DNA from: Candidatus Latescibacterota bacterium
GTDB taxonomy: Bacteria; Latescibacterota; UBA2968
DNA: 64,000 nt
Assembly: GCA_965204375.1 (NCBI GenBank)
Contig: OZ241986.1
Location: forward strand, 5,440,001 to 5,504,000
Direction of reading: 5' to 3'
How positions within the stretch are numbered: position 1 is the stretch's first letter; each line of letters opens with the position of its first letter. The notes beneath the pieces were generated by a model. It did not search any database, was not told the DNA's origin, and was given only the letters and a program-made list of their open reading frames with translations. A program made the position numbers and the translations under genes. Below, one piece after another: positions 48,687 through 59,500 of the stretch.

Positions 48687-49523
48687 ATGGATTTTGTAAA
48701 ATTGAGCGATGAGCAGCGGGATTTTTTTGATGCGGAAGGGTATCTGGTGGTAGAGGATGTTCTGGGGGCTGAGGAAATTGTGCGGTTGACAGGGATGTGT
48801 GATGCGATGATGGCGTCTTATGATGATAGGGGTAGGGCGTATAAGCAGTTTCGAGACGGGATTGTGGAGGAGCCTGTATTTCGCTCTTTGATTGCACATT
48901 CGGGGACGGTGCCTCTGGTGATTCAGCTTTTGAGTCCAGATATTCATTTGCAGAATACGGCGATTATTTACAAGGATCCAGAGGATGCCGAGACGACGGA
49001 TCCGATGCGTTCCTGGCATCGGGATATTGGGATTACGCAGGAGATCGGGCATGCGTATCAGCCGCGTGTTGGGATTAAGGTGTGTTATTGTTTGACGGAT
49101 TTTCCTGAACCGGATTCGGGGATTACGCGGTTTGCGAGGAGGAGTCATGTGTTGAATGAACCGCTGGGTATTCCGAGAGGCGAGGTCGATCCGCTTGAGG
49201 TGGTGCAGCCCGTGTGTAAGGCGGGTGATGCGCTGTTTTTTGAGAATCGCATTTTTCATACCAAGTCGCCGAATTTGAGCCATCGCACGTCCAGGGTGGT
49301 TATTTTTGGGTATAGTTATAACTGGATTCGGAATGGTTTTTATTTGGGGAATTTAGATGATGACGTGATCGCAGATTTGAGCGATATTGAGAAGCAGCTT
49401 CTGGATGTGCCGTTGAGCGATAATCCCAACTTGAGCGCGAGGGCAAATACGTATCCGCTCACTGATTGGGCAGAGGAACACGGGGTGACGCCGGAGCAGG
49501 TTCCATGGACGGTTGAGGTTTAG
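48687..49523 (+). CDS. PhyH family dioxygenase (ectoine-hydroxylase-like)
   Basis: FFDAEGYL, WHRD, AGDALFFENRIFH, FGYSY. Confidence 0.88.
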   Translation: MDFVKLSDEQRDFFDAEGYLVVEDVLGAEEIVRLTGMCDAMMASYDDRGRAYKQFRDGIVEEPVFRSLIAHSGTVPLVIQLLSPDIHLQNTAIIYKDPEDAETTDPMRSWHRDIGITQEIGHAYQPRVGIKVCYCLTDFPEPDSGITRFARRSHVLNEPLGIPRGEVDPLEVVQPVCKAGDALFFENRIFHTKSPNLSHRTSRVVIFGYSYNWIRNGFYLGNLDDDVIADLSDIEKQLLDVPLSDNPNLSARANTYPLTDWAEEHGVTPEQVPWTVEV

Positions 49524-49538
49524 AAAGAGGAGGAAGCA

Positions 49539-50459
49539 ATGCGTGTTGGGAAATGGATTTTATGCTTTATTTTGATCGGGACAACAGGTGTATATGCCCA
49601 GGATGCTGAGAGAAAAGGGACGCCGCCTACACTGGAGAATGTGGCGTATGGACCTTATGAGCGCAATGTGCTGGATTTTTGGAGGGCAGAGTCGGATGTA
49701 CCAGCACCTGTTTTGATTTTTATTCACGGGGGTGGGTTTGTCGGTGGCAATAAGAGGAGTGTTCGCGGCAATGTGATTGTTGAGACTTGTTTGGAAAAGG
49801 GCGTTTCATTTGCGGCGATTAACTACAGGTTTAAAAATACCGCGCCCATACAGGATATTTTGCGCGATGCAGCGCGTGCGGTGCAGTTTATCAGGTACAA
49901 TGCCGAGGCGTGGCACGTCGATCCCAAACGCATCGCTTCTTATGGTGGCTCTGCCGGTGCGGGGACTTCGATGTGGCTGGCTTTTCACGATGATCTGGCC
50001 GATCCCGATAGTGAAGATCCCGTGCTTCGCCAGTCTTCGCGCATTGTGGCGGCGGGGTCTCGCAATGGTCAGTTTTCTTATGATATATTTCAATGGGAAT
50101 CTGTGCTCGGTTTGCCTGCTGAGAATTTTTATTCCAGGGATGTCTCGTTTTACGGTCTGGCTACGTTTGATGAGGCTGAGACCGAAAAGGGCAAACAGAT
50201 TCGGGCGGATGTGGATATGCGCGGGTTGATTACAAAAGACGACCCTCCTGTGTTTTTGTTTTGTAGTCAAAGGGGTGGCGTGCCCCAAAATCGCGGTCAT
50301 TATGTTCATCATCCCAAACATTCAATTGCGATCAAAGAGCGGTGCGAGGAGGCTGGTGTTGAGGTGGAGATGTATTTACCGAAGATGGGATCGCCACCGC
50401 CGGGGAATGCGAATCGGGCGATGTTGGCGTTCTTTTTTAAGCATCTGAAGGTTGAGTAG
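49539..50459 (+). CDS. Secreted alpha/beta hydrolase (esterase)
   Basis: Signal peptide; FIHGGGF; GGSAG nucleophile motif. Confidence 0.9.
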   Translation: MRVGKWILCFILIGTTGVYAQDAERKGTPPTLENVAYGPYERNVLDFWRAESDVPAPVLIFIHGGGFVGGNKRSVRGNVIVETCLEKGVSFAAINYRFKNTAPIQDILRDAARAVQFIRYNAEAWHVDPKRIASYGGSAGAGTSMWLAFHDDLADPDSEDPVLRQSSRIVAAGSRNGQFSYDIFQWESVLGLPAENFYSRDVSFYGLATFDEAETEKGKQIRADVDMRGLITKDDPPVFLFCSQRGGVPQNRGHYVHHPKHSIAIKERCEEAGVEVEMYLPKMGSPPPGNANRAMLAFFFKHLKVE

Positions 50460-50526
50460 GGGCGGGTTGAACTGCTATCGCAGTTGTACATCGCGCCCAA
50501 CCCGCCCATTTGCACAGGAGGTTGAT

Positions 50527-51417
50527 GTGGCGTTCAAGGTATTGACAGACGCGCAGGCAGCGCATTTTGTCGAGAAGGGTTATGTGAAGATAGAGGGGTG
50601 TTTTGAGAAGGCGGAGATTCAGGATTGGCTCGATCTGGCATATCTGCGGTTGGGGTATGATAAAGATGATCCCACGACCTGGGAAGAAGATCGCATTCAC
50701 ATGCCGTCGATGAATCGGCGGGCTGTTGCCGATCTCGCGCCAAAGGCATGGGATGGGATATGCGATGTGATGGGTGGGGCAGAGCGCATCGAGGGTGAGC
50801 CTTCGTGGGGGGATGGGTTTATTATTAATTTTCATAAAGATGCCGATGATCCATGGGTTCCGTCGGCAAAGCGCGGGGGATGGCACAAGGATGGGAATTT
50901 TTTTCGGCATTTTTTGGATAGTCCAGAGCAGGGTCTGTTGACGGTGGTTGTTTGGGATGATGTGTTGCCCAATAGCGGCGGTACGTATCTCGCGCCGGAT
51001 TCGGTTCCAAGAGTTGCGAGGTTTTTGTACGATCATCCCGAGGGTCTGGAACCGGGTTCGTTTGGAAAGGTGATTGAGGGTTGTGAGGCGTTTGTCGAGG
51101 CGACGGGTAATGCGGGCGATGTGTATCTGATTCATCCGTATATGTTGCATTCTGCTGCGCCAAATCCTTCGGGGCGTCCGCGGTTTATTACGAATCCTCC
51201 GGTTGCATTTAAAGAGCCTATGAATTTCAATCGAGAGAATCCCGATGATTTTTCACTGGTGGAGAGGGTGGTGTTGCGGGCGCTGGGTGTCGAGCGATTG
51301 GATTATCGTATTACGGGAAAACGAGAGCGGTATTACACGGAGTTCCGCCGCGAGCGAGAGCGCATGCTGGTGGAGCAGAAGGCGCGTTTGGCAGAGCTTG
51401 AAGAGGAGGTTGTATGA
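50527..51417 (+). CDS. PhyH family dioxygenase
   Basis: HFVEKGYV, WHKDG, AGDVYLIHPYMLHS; GTG start after SD AGGAGG. Confidence 0.85.
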   Translation: MAFKVLTDAQAAHFVEKGYVKIEGCFEKAEIQDWLDLAYLRLGYDKDDPTTWEEDRIHMPSMNRRAVADLAPKAWDGICDVMGGAERIEGEPSWGDGFIINFHKDADDPWVPSAKRGGWHKDGNFFRHFLDSPEQGLLTVVVWDDVLPNSGGTYLAPDSVPRVARFLYDHPEGLEPGSFGKVIEGCEAFVEATGNAGDVYLIHPYMLHSAAPNPSGRPRFITNPPVAFKEPMNFNRENPDDFSLVERVVLRALGVERLDYRITGKRERYYTEFRRERERMLVEQKARLAELEEEVV

Positions 51418-51493
51418 GTTGATGCGCAGGTTTGGGAGAATCGGGAGAGGGTTTTCCACTCACACGGAGTTTTGAAAAGAGGAGCGTGTTGTT

Positions 51494-52348
51494 ATGGACG
51501 CGAGATGTTTGGATTATTGCGTGACCGAAGAGGAGCGGTTGAAGTTTGAACGCGATGGGTTTTTTATTCTCGAGAGCGTGTTGCCAGAGGATCTGGTGGA
51601 TGAGCTGGTTCCCGTTGTAGATCGTGTGGATGGCGCGTATCGAGAGCGAGAGGGCATGGGGCCGAATCAGCGGTCCAATATGCTGGATTTTATCGGTCAA
51701 GACGATTTGTTTTTGGAGTTGCTCGATTGGTATAAGACTTTTCCGAAGGTATGGGGGTTGCTGAATTGGAATATTCAGCTTTATCATTCTCACATGATTG
51801 TGACGCCGCCTGTTGGTCCTGGAAAGTCGCTTGAGAAGGATGGGCCAGGGCTTGGGTTTCACCAGGATAGCGGTCGCCTCAATCTCGATATTGAGACGAA
51901 TCCACGGCCGAGGATTTCGCTGAAGGTGGCGTTCTTTTTGACGGATGCATCAGAACCCGGTCGCGGGAATTTTGTTGTGGTTCCCGGTTCGCATCTGGGC
52001 AATGTGTTTCCAGGCGAAAGTCGCTCGGAAATGCCCGAGGGCGGTATGCAGGTGTGTGTGCCGAAAGGTAGTGCGGTTATTTTTGATCGGCGTATCTGGC
52101 ATTCGAGCAGTACCAATTATTGGAATTCGCCCAGGCGTACGCTGTTTTATGGCTATAGCTATCGCTGGTTGCGGCCCCGGGATAATATGACGGTGGATCA
52201 TTTTTTGGAGCGTAGCGATCCCATTCGCAGGCAGTTGTTGGGGGCGAGTCCTTCGGGTGGTTTTGGATATACGTCACCCAAACCCGAAGATGTGCCTTTG
52301 AAGGCGTGGATTGAGGAGCATTTGGGTGAGAAAGCCGTTGCGGCTTAA
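51494..52348 (+). CDS. PhyH family dioxygenase
   Basis: FERDGFF, FHQDSG, VVPGSH, FDRRIWHS. Confidence 0.88.
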   Translation: MDARCLDYCVTEEERLKFERDGFFILESVLPEDLVDELVPVVDRVDGAYREREGMGPNQRSNMLDFIGQDDLFLELLDWYKTFPKVWGLLNWNIQLYHSHMIVTPPVGPGKSLEKDGPGLGFHQDSGRLNLDIETNPRPRISLKVAFFLTDASEPGRGNFVVVPGSHLGNVFPGESRSEMPEGGMQVCVPKGSAVIFDRRIWHSSSTNYWNSPRRTLFYGYSYRWLRPRDNMTVDHFLERSDPIRRQLLGASPSGGFGYTSPKPEDVPLKAWIEEHLGEKAVAA

Positions 52349-52686
52349 GATAATTGTGTCTGCAGGATATCGGCGAGTGTATCGGTTGTCCATTGATTGA
52401 TGCTTTTGCCACTGACTTCAGCAGCTGTAGCAATTGCTGCGTGAACTTCTGGGGGAAGGCGCAACATTAGATTGCCAGAATAAGGCTTTTGTGGAGGGCG
52501 ATTTAATTTTTCACAGGTTTCGAGATAATCCTCTACGGCTTCTTCAAATGCGGTACGCAGTTGTGCAACCGAATCGCCGTGAAAACCTATGATATCGTTG
52601 ATGCCCGCAATATGACCAATAAAGCAATGGTCTTCATCGCTGTATTCAATGCGAGCGGCATATCCTTTATGTGTCATAGTATTCAT
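52345..52686 (-). CDS. hicB: HicB family antitoxin
   Basis: YAARIEYS...FIGHIAGINDIIGFHG...FEEAVEDYL...KPYSGNLMLRLPPEVH. Confidence 0.93.
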   Translation of the reverse strand: MNTMTHKGYAARIEYSDEDHCFIGHIAGINDIIGFHGDSVAQLRTAFEEAVEDYLETCEKLNRPPQKPYSGNLMLRLPPEVHAAIATAAEVSGKSINQWTTDTLADILQTQLS

Positions 52687-52937
52687 GGTGTTATTCCCGC
52701 CTGTTGTAGAAAATGTTTGGCATCACGCACTTGATATGGCTTTGCTTCTTTTTGAGGATGAGGGCGATGAAAAGTAGCGACAACACGATTCAGTTCAAAT
52801 CTCACGCGCGAACCTCTGCCTTCAATAGTTCTGGCTCCAAGTGCTTTGAAAAGGGATTCGATACGGCGCCATTCCAATGTGGAGGGGACGGGCGTTCTGA
52901 AGATGTCGTTTAAGGTGTTCTGGTGTCGTCTGTTCAT
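52683..52937 (-). CDS. hicA: HicA family toxin
   Basis: EGRGSRVRF...FHRPHPQKE; overlaps hicB by ATGA. Confidence 0.93.
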   Translation of the reverse strand: MNRRHQNTLNDIFRTPVPSTLEWRRIESLFKALGARTIEGRGSRVRFELNRVVATFHRPHPQKEAKPYQVRDAKHFLQQAGITP

Positions 52938-52998
52938 TGTTTATATGATAGCATAATATGATATCATTGACAAGTGTTTTGTATAGAAGGATTAGATT

Positions 52999-53757
52999 AT
53001 GGGATTGCTCACTCAGGACGAGAAACAATTTTTCAAAGATAATGGGTATCTCATTAAGCGGGATGTTTTGCCCCAGACATTATTAGAACGCGCTGTGGAT
53101 GGCCTCTGGCACGGTGTTTGGGCAGATCGTAGCGATCCACAGACGTGGGTGAACGCGGAGCCGAAGAAGCCCGAGAGTAGTGATCCGAGTTTGCACCGAT
53201 CGATTGTGTACGATTATGGTGTGTTTGATATGGTCGAGGAGATGACGGGCAAAGGGCGGTTGACCGAGTGGGCTGAGCCGGCACCGTTGTTTCGCTATCC
53301 CACGGGTAAGGATCAGTGGTCAAAGCCTTCAGGCGGGCATGTAGATGGCTACGGGCAAAAGGATTTGACGGTGGCTGGTTTTACGATTGCCGCGACTGTG
53401 TATCTTTGTGATATCAAGCCCCGTTCGGGAGGATTTTGCGTGTGGCCCGGCACGCATGCAAAGATGGCGGATTATTTTAAGTCGCATTCTTTGCTGAGTG
53501 TGAATCGCCAGTTTTTAGATCCCCATGAACCAGCCACTCAGATTCATATGGGAACGATTATTGATTTGCCTGATCCAGTGGAGATCACAGGTCCCGCGGG
53601 GACGGTGATTTTCTGGCACGGTTTGATGGTTCACAGCGCGAGTAAGAATTGCAGTCGCAATATTCGTATGGGGCTGTTTACGCGATTTAAGTGGAAGAAT
53701 TGGAATGAGTTACAGTTCGAGACACCGGACGATATGTGGGAGTATTGGGAAGTGTGA
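52999..53757 (+). CDS. PhyH family dioxygenase (paralog of 47756-48496)
   Basis: HVD, GGFCVWPGTH, WHGLMVHS; identical C-terminus LQFETPDDMWEYWEV. Confidence 0.88.
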   Translation: MGLLTQDEKQFFKDNGYLIKRDVLPQTLLERAVDGLWHGVWADRSDPQTWVNAEPKKPESSDPSLHRSIVYDYGVFDMVEEMTGKGRLTEWAEPAPLFRYPTGKDQWSKPSGGHVDGYGQKDLTVAGFTIAATVYLCDIKPRSGGFCVWPGTHAKMADYFKSHSLLSVNRQFLDPHEPATQIHMGTIIDLPDPVEITGPAGTVIFWHGLMVHSASKNCSRNIRMGLFTRFKWKNWNELQFETPDDMWEYWEV

Positions 53758-53889
53758 AGTGTGAAGTAGGAAGTGTGAAAATTAAACCGTAGGAGCGGCA
53801 TCCCTGCCGCGAATGCCATGATGAAATGTGAAATGCAGATCGAAACGCGCAACAATTTTGGGTTGGGTGGGCTGATAGCTGACTGCTAA

Positions 53890-54171
53890 TTAAATGAATT
53901 TTTCGGGAGATACGCCGAAGATGGCGGCTAATTTGCGGGCGTTTTTCAAACTGATTGTTCGGATGCCCCGTTCCATGTTGGAAATATGCTGACGGGGTAT
54001 ATTGCCCAATTTTCGGCCCAATTCCGCCTGGGTCATATTGTGATTTTGGCGATAGATTCTGAGGTTGTCACCGGGGATGATTTTGGATTTGATGTTGCGA
54101 TACCAGTCGGTTTCAAAAATATCGACGGTCTCATGGTTTCCTTTTTCTGTGTAATTTTTCATATTAAACAA
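53890..54171 (-). CDS. XRE-family HTH protein (orphan antitoxin-like)
   Basis: PGDNLRIYR...MTQAELG...ISNMERG...ARKLA. Confidence 0.8.
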   Translation of the reverse strand: MFNMKNYTEKGNHETVDIFETDWYRNIKSKIIPGDNLRIYRQNHNMTQAELGRKLGNIPRQHISNMERGIRTISLKNARKLAAIFGVSPEKFI

Positions 54172-54209
54172 TAACCATTCAATGATTACAGGTCAAGTGG
54201 AGCGAGTGT

Positions 54210-55676
54210 ATGACAGATTCTCCTAATATTATTTTTATTCTGACTGATCAACATCGCCTGTCGGGTGTGGGGGCTTATGGCGAGACGCCGTGTCGTACGC
54301 CAAATATTGATCGCCTCGCGGCAGAGGGCGTGTTGTTTGAGAATGCCTATACGGTTTATCCGGTGTGTAGTCCGACGCGGGGTACGTTGCAGACCGGCGT
54401 GTATCCGCATACCCATGGCATTACGTCAAATATCCACGAGGTGGGGTGTAGTGTTCACGAGTTGGAGGATCGCCCCGAGCTTTTGTCGCGGCGCTTGCAA
54501 GCGGCGGGGTACGGGACGGGATATACGGGGAAATGGCATCTCGGTTCTGAGAAGGCGCAGACATTTCAGGGGTCGAATAGGCCATCTTCACCTTCGCGTA
54601 TCGGGTATGAAGGGCAAGATTTTGCCGGGCACGGCGGGGCGGGTTCGAGTTATTCGGATTATCAAGCCTGGGTGCGGGCAAAGGGTTATGAGCCGGGCGT
54701 GAAGCCCTGGGCTGAGGCGACTACGAGGGTCCGCAACGGGGTGGGTGAGTTGACTGTGCCAACGGAGGCGACGGTGCCAGCTTATCTGGTGGATAATGTG
54801 ATTGAGATGAGCAGGTCGTTTCGGGAGCGCGATTTGCCGTATTTTATCAGTTTGAATTTTTGGGGACCGCATGGGCCGTATCACGCGACGGGTGAGTTTT
54901 TGGACTGGTATCGGGATGTGGAGATTCCGCCGTGGGGAAATTACGAGTGGCCCTCGCGGGAGATTCCCGGTCCGCATCATTTGAAGATTCACTGGGATAA
55001 GGAAAATTTGACGTGGGAAGATTGGGCGATGGCGGTGCGCTATTATTATGCGCGGGTGTCGATGATCGATAGTCAGATTGGTCGGTTGTACGATTATTTG
55101 AAGGCGAGTGGGGAGTTGGACAATACGGTGCTGATTTTTACGGCGGATCACGGCGAGACGCTGGGCAGTCACGGGGGGTTGCTGGATAAGGGTTGGCATC
55201 ATTTTGAAGAGACACATCATGTTCCGATGATTATTCGGTTGCCGGATGGTTCGCATGCGGGAGCGCGCGTTTCAGAGTTTGTTTCGCTGGCGGATATGTA
55301 TCCCACGATTTTGGATCTGGCGGGCGGATCTTATGATGGGGATGCGATTCACGGTGAGTCGCTGTTGCCGCTTATTCGCGGTGAGGCGACGGACTGGCGG
55401 GATGCTGTGGTAACCGAGTTTTTGGGTTTGGGCAATGTGGCTACGTCGATGAAAATGCTGCGTATGGGGGATTTGAAATACGGGTGCAATTTGACGGGGC
55501 AGGACGAGTTGTACGATCTAAAAAATGATCCTTATGAGATGCACAATGTGATTGATGATCCCGGTTATGCCGATGATTTGGTGCAATTAAAGGCGCGGTT
55601 GCAGCAGTGGATGGTGGAGACCAATGATCCCGCGTTGCGGATGTACCGCTGGCGCGAGCGAGAGGCGATTGGATAG
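54210..55676 (+). CDS. Sulfatase (formylglycine-dependent)
   Basis: PNIIFILTDQHR, VCSPTRG, GKWHL, TADHGE, DKG. Confidence 0.93.
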   Translation: MTDSPNIIFILTDQHRLSGVGAYGETPCRTPNIDRLAAEGVLFENAYTVYPVCSPTRGTLQTGVYPHTHGITSNIHEVGCSVHELEDRPELLSRRLQAAGYGTGYTGKWHLGSEKAQTFQGSNRPSSPSRIGYEGQDFAGHGGAGSSYSDYQAWVRAKGYEPGVKPWAEATTRVRNGVGELTVPTEATVPAYLVDNVIEMSRSFRERDLPYFISLNFWGPHGPYHATGEFLDWYRDVEIPPWGNYEWPSREIPGPHHLKIHWDKENLTWEDWAMAVRYYYARVSMIDSQIGRLYDYLKASGELDNTVLIFTADHGETLGSHGGLLDKGWHHFEETHHVPMIIRLPDGSHAGARVSEFVSLADMYPTILDLAGGSYDGDAIHGESLLPLIRGEATDWRDAVVTEFLGLGNVATSMKMLRMGDLKYGCNLTGQDELYDLKNDPYEMHNVIDDPGYADDLVQLKARLQQWMVETNDPALRMYRWREREAIG

Positions 55677-55737
55677 GGCTTTTGATTCTCATCCGCTATC
55701 TGTCTATATTGTGGTATTAGACAAAGGAGAGATTCCC

Positions 55738-55968
55738 ATGCGAAAACAAATTATTCAATATACTTCGCCCATTGATGCACTGGTTGCAGTGACAAAGCGG
55801 TTGAGTACCTATGAGAGTCGGCAGCAGATGGACTCGGAGGAGTTCTTTGACCAGTACAGCCGGGGACAACTGTCAGATGATATTGTATTTGTAGAGTGGG
55901 CAAACGATTATCGCCACTATTTAGAACTCCGTCAAAAATTAGAGAAAATCCTGCCCGATGTTGCATGA
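55738..55968 (+). CDS. TumA-like antitoxin
   Basis: SPIDALVAVTKRLSTYE...MDSEEFF...FVEWANDY; SD AAGGAG. Confidence 0.65.
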   Translation: MRKQIIQYTSPIDALVAVTKRLSTYESRQQMDSEEFFDQYSRGQLSDDIVFVEWANDYRHYLELRQKLEKILPDVA

Positions 55969-56035
55969 GATTCTATCCGATTACTTAGAGAAGGTGACGC
56001 AGGCTATTCTTCAGTGCAGCGATGCTTATGTTGAT
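55958..56035 (+). pseudogene. Stub of the cognate toxin (DUF6516/TumE-like), truncated
   Basis: Overlapping ATG: MLHEILSDYLEKVTQAILQCSDAYV, then runs into the cupin RBS region. Confidence 0.5.
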
Positions 56036-56052
56036 AGCGCGATGGAGGTGTT

Positions 56053-56526
56053 ATGGCAAAAAATAAGGATTGGCGCAATCAGGGGGTGCGGGTGGTGACG
56101 GGTGACCAGTTGGATTTTAATACGCCGCAGACGCCGGGGATGACGCGGGCGGCTGCGATTAATCGCGCGAGTGCGGGGGCTGAGAAGTTGTGGGCGGGTA
56201 CGGTTGAGATTCATCCGAATGCAAAGACTGGCGCGCATCACCACGGGGCGCTGGAGAGTGTGATTTATGTGGTGAGCGGCAAGGCGCGCATGCGTTGGGG
56301 AGATCAGTTGGAGTATGTGGCAGAGGCGGGTCCGGGTGATTTTATTTATGTGCCGCCTTATGTGCCGCATCAGGAGATCAATGCCAGCGCAGATGAGCCT
56401 CTGGAGTGCGTGCTGGTGCGCAGCGATCAAGAGCCTGTGGTTGTGAATCTGGATATTCCGGTTGTTGAAGAGCCTGAGAAGGTGTATTGGGTCGATCCGA
56501 TACACTCGGATCCGAGAGATGATTGA
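56053..56526 (+). CDS. Cupin domain protein
   Basis: TGAHHHGALESVIYV and GPGDFIYVPPYVPHQE. Confidence 0.9.
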   Translation: MAKNKDWRNQGVRVVTGDQLDFNTPQTPGMTRAAAINRASAGAEKLWAGTVEIHPNAKTGAHHHGALESVIYVVSGKARMRWGDQLEYVAEAGPGDFIYVPPYVPHQEINASADEPLECVLVRSDQEPVVVNLDIPVVEEPEKVYWVDPIHSDPRDD

Positions 56527-56536
56527 GAGGTAGTTT

Positions 56537-59500
56537 ATGGAAGATCGATTTTTTGAACATCCCATTCTCAATTCTCCCTACGGCTATCCAATGCGACATT
56601 GGGAACTCGACGATCAGGGTCAGCCAACGCAGCGGATTGTTGAAAGCCGTCGGCGTGTAGATTTTATTACGCCTATTCCAAAGCCGAAGAGACGCGGGGC
56701 ATCGAAGCGGCAGCAGCAGATTGTCTTTAATGAGGGTAAGGGACTATCTACTGAGGATCAGCAGTACGATGTTACGGCGATGGTAAATGAGATTCGACGG
56801 CATGTTGATGGGTGGAGAAGTTTGCCCAATCCCAATGATTGGCGTGTGACGCCTGAAACCGCGCGTTTGCTCGAGCATTGGCGAAACCATCAATTTAGCG
56901 ATATTCGTCCGTTTTTCTGCCAGATTGAGGCGGTTGAGACAGCCATTTATCTGACTGAGGTTGCGCCGAATTTGGGGCAGTTGGGAAGGCGTTTAAGGGA
57001 TCACCTTGCCAATGCCAATAGTGACGCCAACCCGGAACTTATGCGCCTGGCCCTGAAGATGGCTACTGGCGCGGGCAAGACAACTGTTATGGCGATGATC
57101 ATTGCCTGGCAGACTATCAATGCGGTGAGGCATCCCAATAGCAGAAGGTTCTCGCGGGGGTTCTTGGTCATGACGCCCGGCATTACGATTAGAGATCGCC
57201 TGCGCGTGCTTTTGCCCAATGATCCGGATAGCTACTATGCGCATCGGGAATTGGTGCCGCAAGATATGCTCGGCGACCTCGACCGTGCCAAGATTGTCAT
57301 TACCAACTACCACGCGCTGAGAAGGCGCGAAAGAATAGAGATTTCCAGAGGGGGTAGAGGACTCCTGCAAGGGCGGGGACCCGCTCTCAATACGCTGGAG
57401 ACCGAGGGACAGATGATTCAGCGGGTTATGCCTGAGCTTATGGGCATCAGAAATATCAATGTGCTCAACGACGAGGGACACCACTGCTACCGGGAGAAGG
57501 TGGAAAAAGACGATGAAGGACGGTTAACAGGAGACGATCTGCAAGAGGCAAATAAGAATAACGAGGCCGCTCGTGTGTGGATTTCAGGGCTTGAGATGGT
57601 CAAGCGCAAGCTGGGTATCAGACAAGTTATAGATTTGTCAGCGACGCCCTTTTTTCTTCGTGGGTCGGGCTATGCCGAGGGGACGCTGTTCCCGTGGACG
57701 GTGAGCGATTTTTCGCTGATGGACGCGATTGAGTGTGGTATTGTCAAACTACCGCGTGTGCCCGTGGCTGACAATATACCCGGTGGAGATATGCCCAAGT
57801 TCCGCAATTTGTGGGAACACATTGGCACCGATATGCCCAGAGGAGGACGCCGCACAACAAATAATCTCGATCCTTTAAGCCTGCCCGTACCGTTGCAGAC
57901 CGCACTGGAAGCTCTCTATGGTCACTATGAGAAGACTGACGCATTGTGGGAAGAAGGCAAAGTGCCCGTTCCGCCCTGTTTCATTATAGTTTGTAATAAC
58001 ACCTCGTCCTCAAAGCTGGTCTATGATTACATATCGGGTTTTTACCGCGAGAATGAAGATGGTTCGAAGATGCTGGAGAATGGACGCTTGCCGCTGTTTC
58101 GCAACTTCGACGAGGTTGGTGACCGCCTCCCCATTCCCCCTACTTTGCTGATAGATAGCGAACAACTGGAATCTGGCGACGCTCTGGACAAGAATTTCCA
58201 CAAGATGGCTTCCGATGAGATCGAACGCTTTCGCAGAGAGATTGTCGAGCGCACTGGCGATGTTCGCCAGGCCGAGAATATTACGGATCAGGATTTGCTC
58301 AGAGAAGTGATGAATACGGTGGGCAAAGAAGGCCGACTTGGTGAGTCTATTCGCTGTGTTGTATCAGTTTCCATGCTCACCGAGGGTTGGGATGCTAATA
58401 ATGTCACTCACGTCCTTGGCGTGCGGGCGTTTGGCACGCAACTTTTGTGCGAGCAGGTTATTGGCCGTGCGTTGCGCCGCCAGTCTTATGATTTGAACAC
58501 GGATGGTCTGTTTGATGTCGAATATGCCGATGTGCTGGGCATTCCGTTCGACTTCACTGCGAAGCCGGTCGTTGCGCCGCCGCAGCCACCTCGGGAGACT
58601 GTCCAGGTGAAGGCGGTTACGCCAGAGCGCGATGAGTGCGAGATTCGCTTTCCGCGTGTGGCAGGTTATCGGGTTGAGCTTCCGAGGGAGAAACTCAGGG
58701 CGGATTTTACCGATGATTCGACATTGATACTTACGCCCGAACTCGTTGGGCCAACCAATACGAGAAACGAGGGTATCATTGGTGAGGGAATCAATCTGAA
58801 TCTTGAGCGTCTGGAGTCTATGCGTCCGGCTGCGCTGGCGTTTCGCCTCACTAAGCATCTGGTCTATACGAAGTGGCGCGATTCGGGTGAGGAGCCATCG
58901 TTGAATTTGTTCGGTCAGTTCAAACGGATAACGAGCGAATGGCTGGATACTTGTCTCGTTTGCAAGGGCGGAACGTACCCGGCGCAGCTTGTGTACCAAG
59001 AACTGGCAGATATGGCTTGCGAGCGTATCAAAGACGCCATCAACCGCACACACGTTGGCGAGCGTCCTATCAAGGTTCTACTCGATTCTTACAACCCAAT
59101 GGGGTCAAGCAGGCATGTGAATTTCAGCACCTCCAAAACGAGGCGATGGCAGACCGATTCTCGCAAGTGCCACGTCAATTGGGTCGTTCTGGACAGCGAT
59201 TGGGAGGCCGAGTTTTGCCGCGTGGCTGAGTCTCATCCGAAGGTGCGGGCCTATGTGAAGAATCACAATTTGGGACTGGAGGTTCCTTATCGCTACGGTT
59301 CCAATACGCGCACGTACATTCCCGATTTCATCGTTCTGGTGGATGATGGGCAGGATGACCCCCTGCACCTTGTCGTCGAAATCAAGGGCTATCGCGGCGA
59401 GGATGCGAAGATAAAAAAAAGCACGATGGAGACCTATTGGGTCCCCGGTGTGAATGCGCTTAGAGAATATGGACGCTGGGTCTTTGCCGAGTTTACAGAT

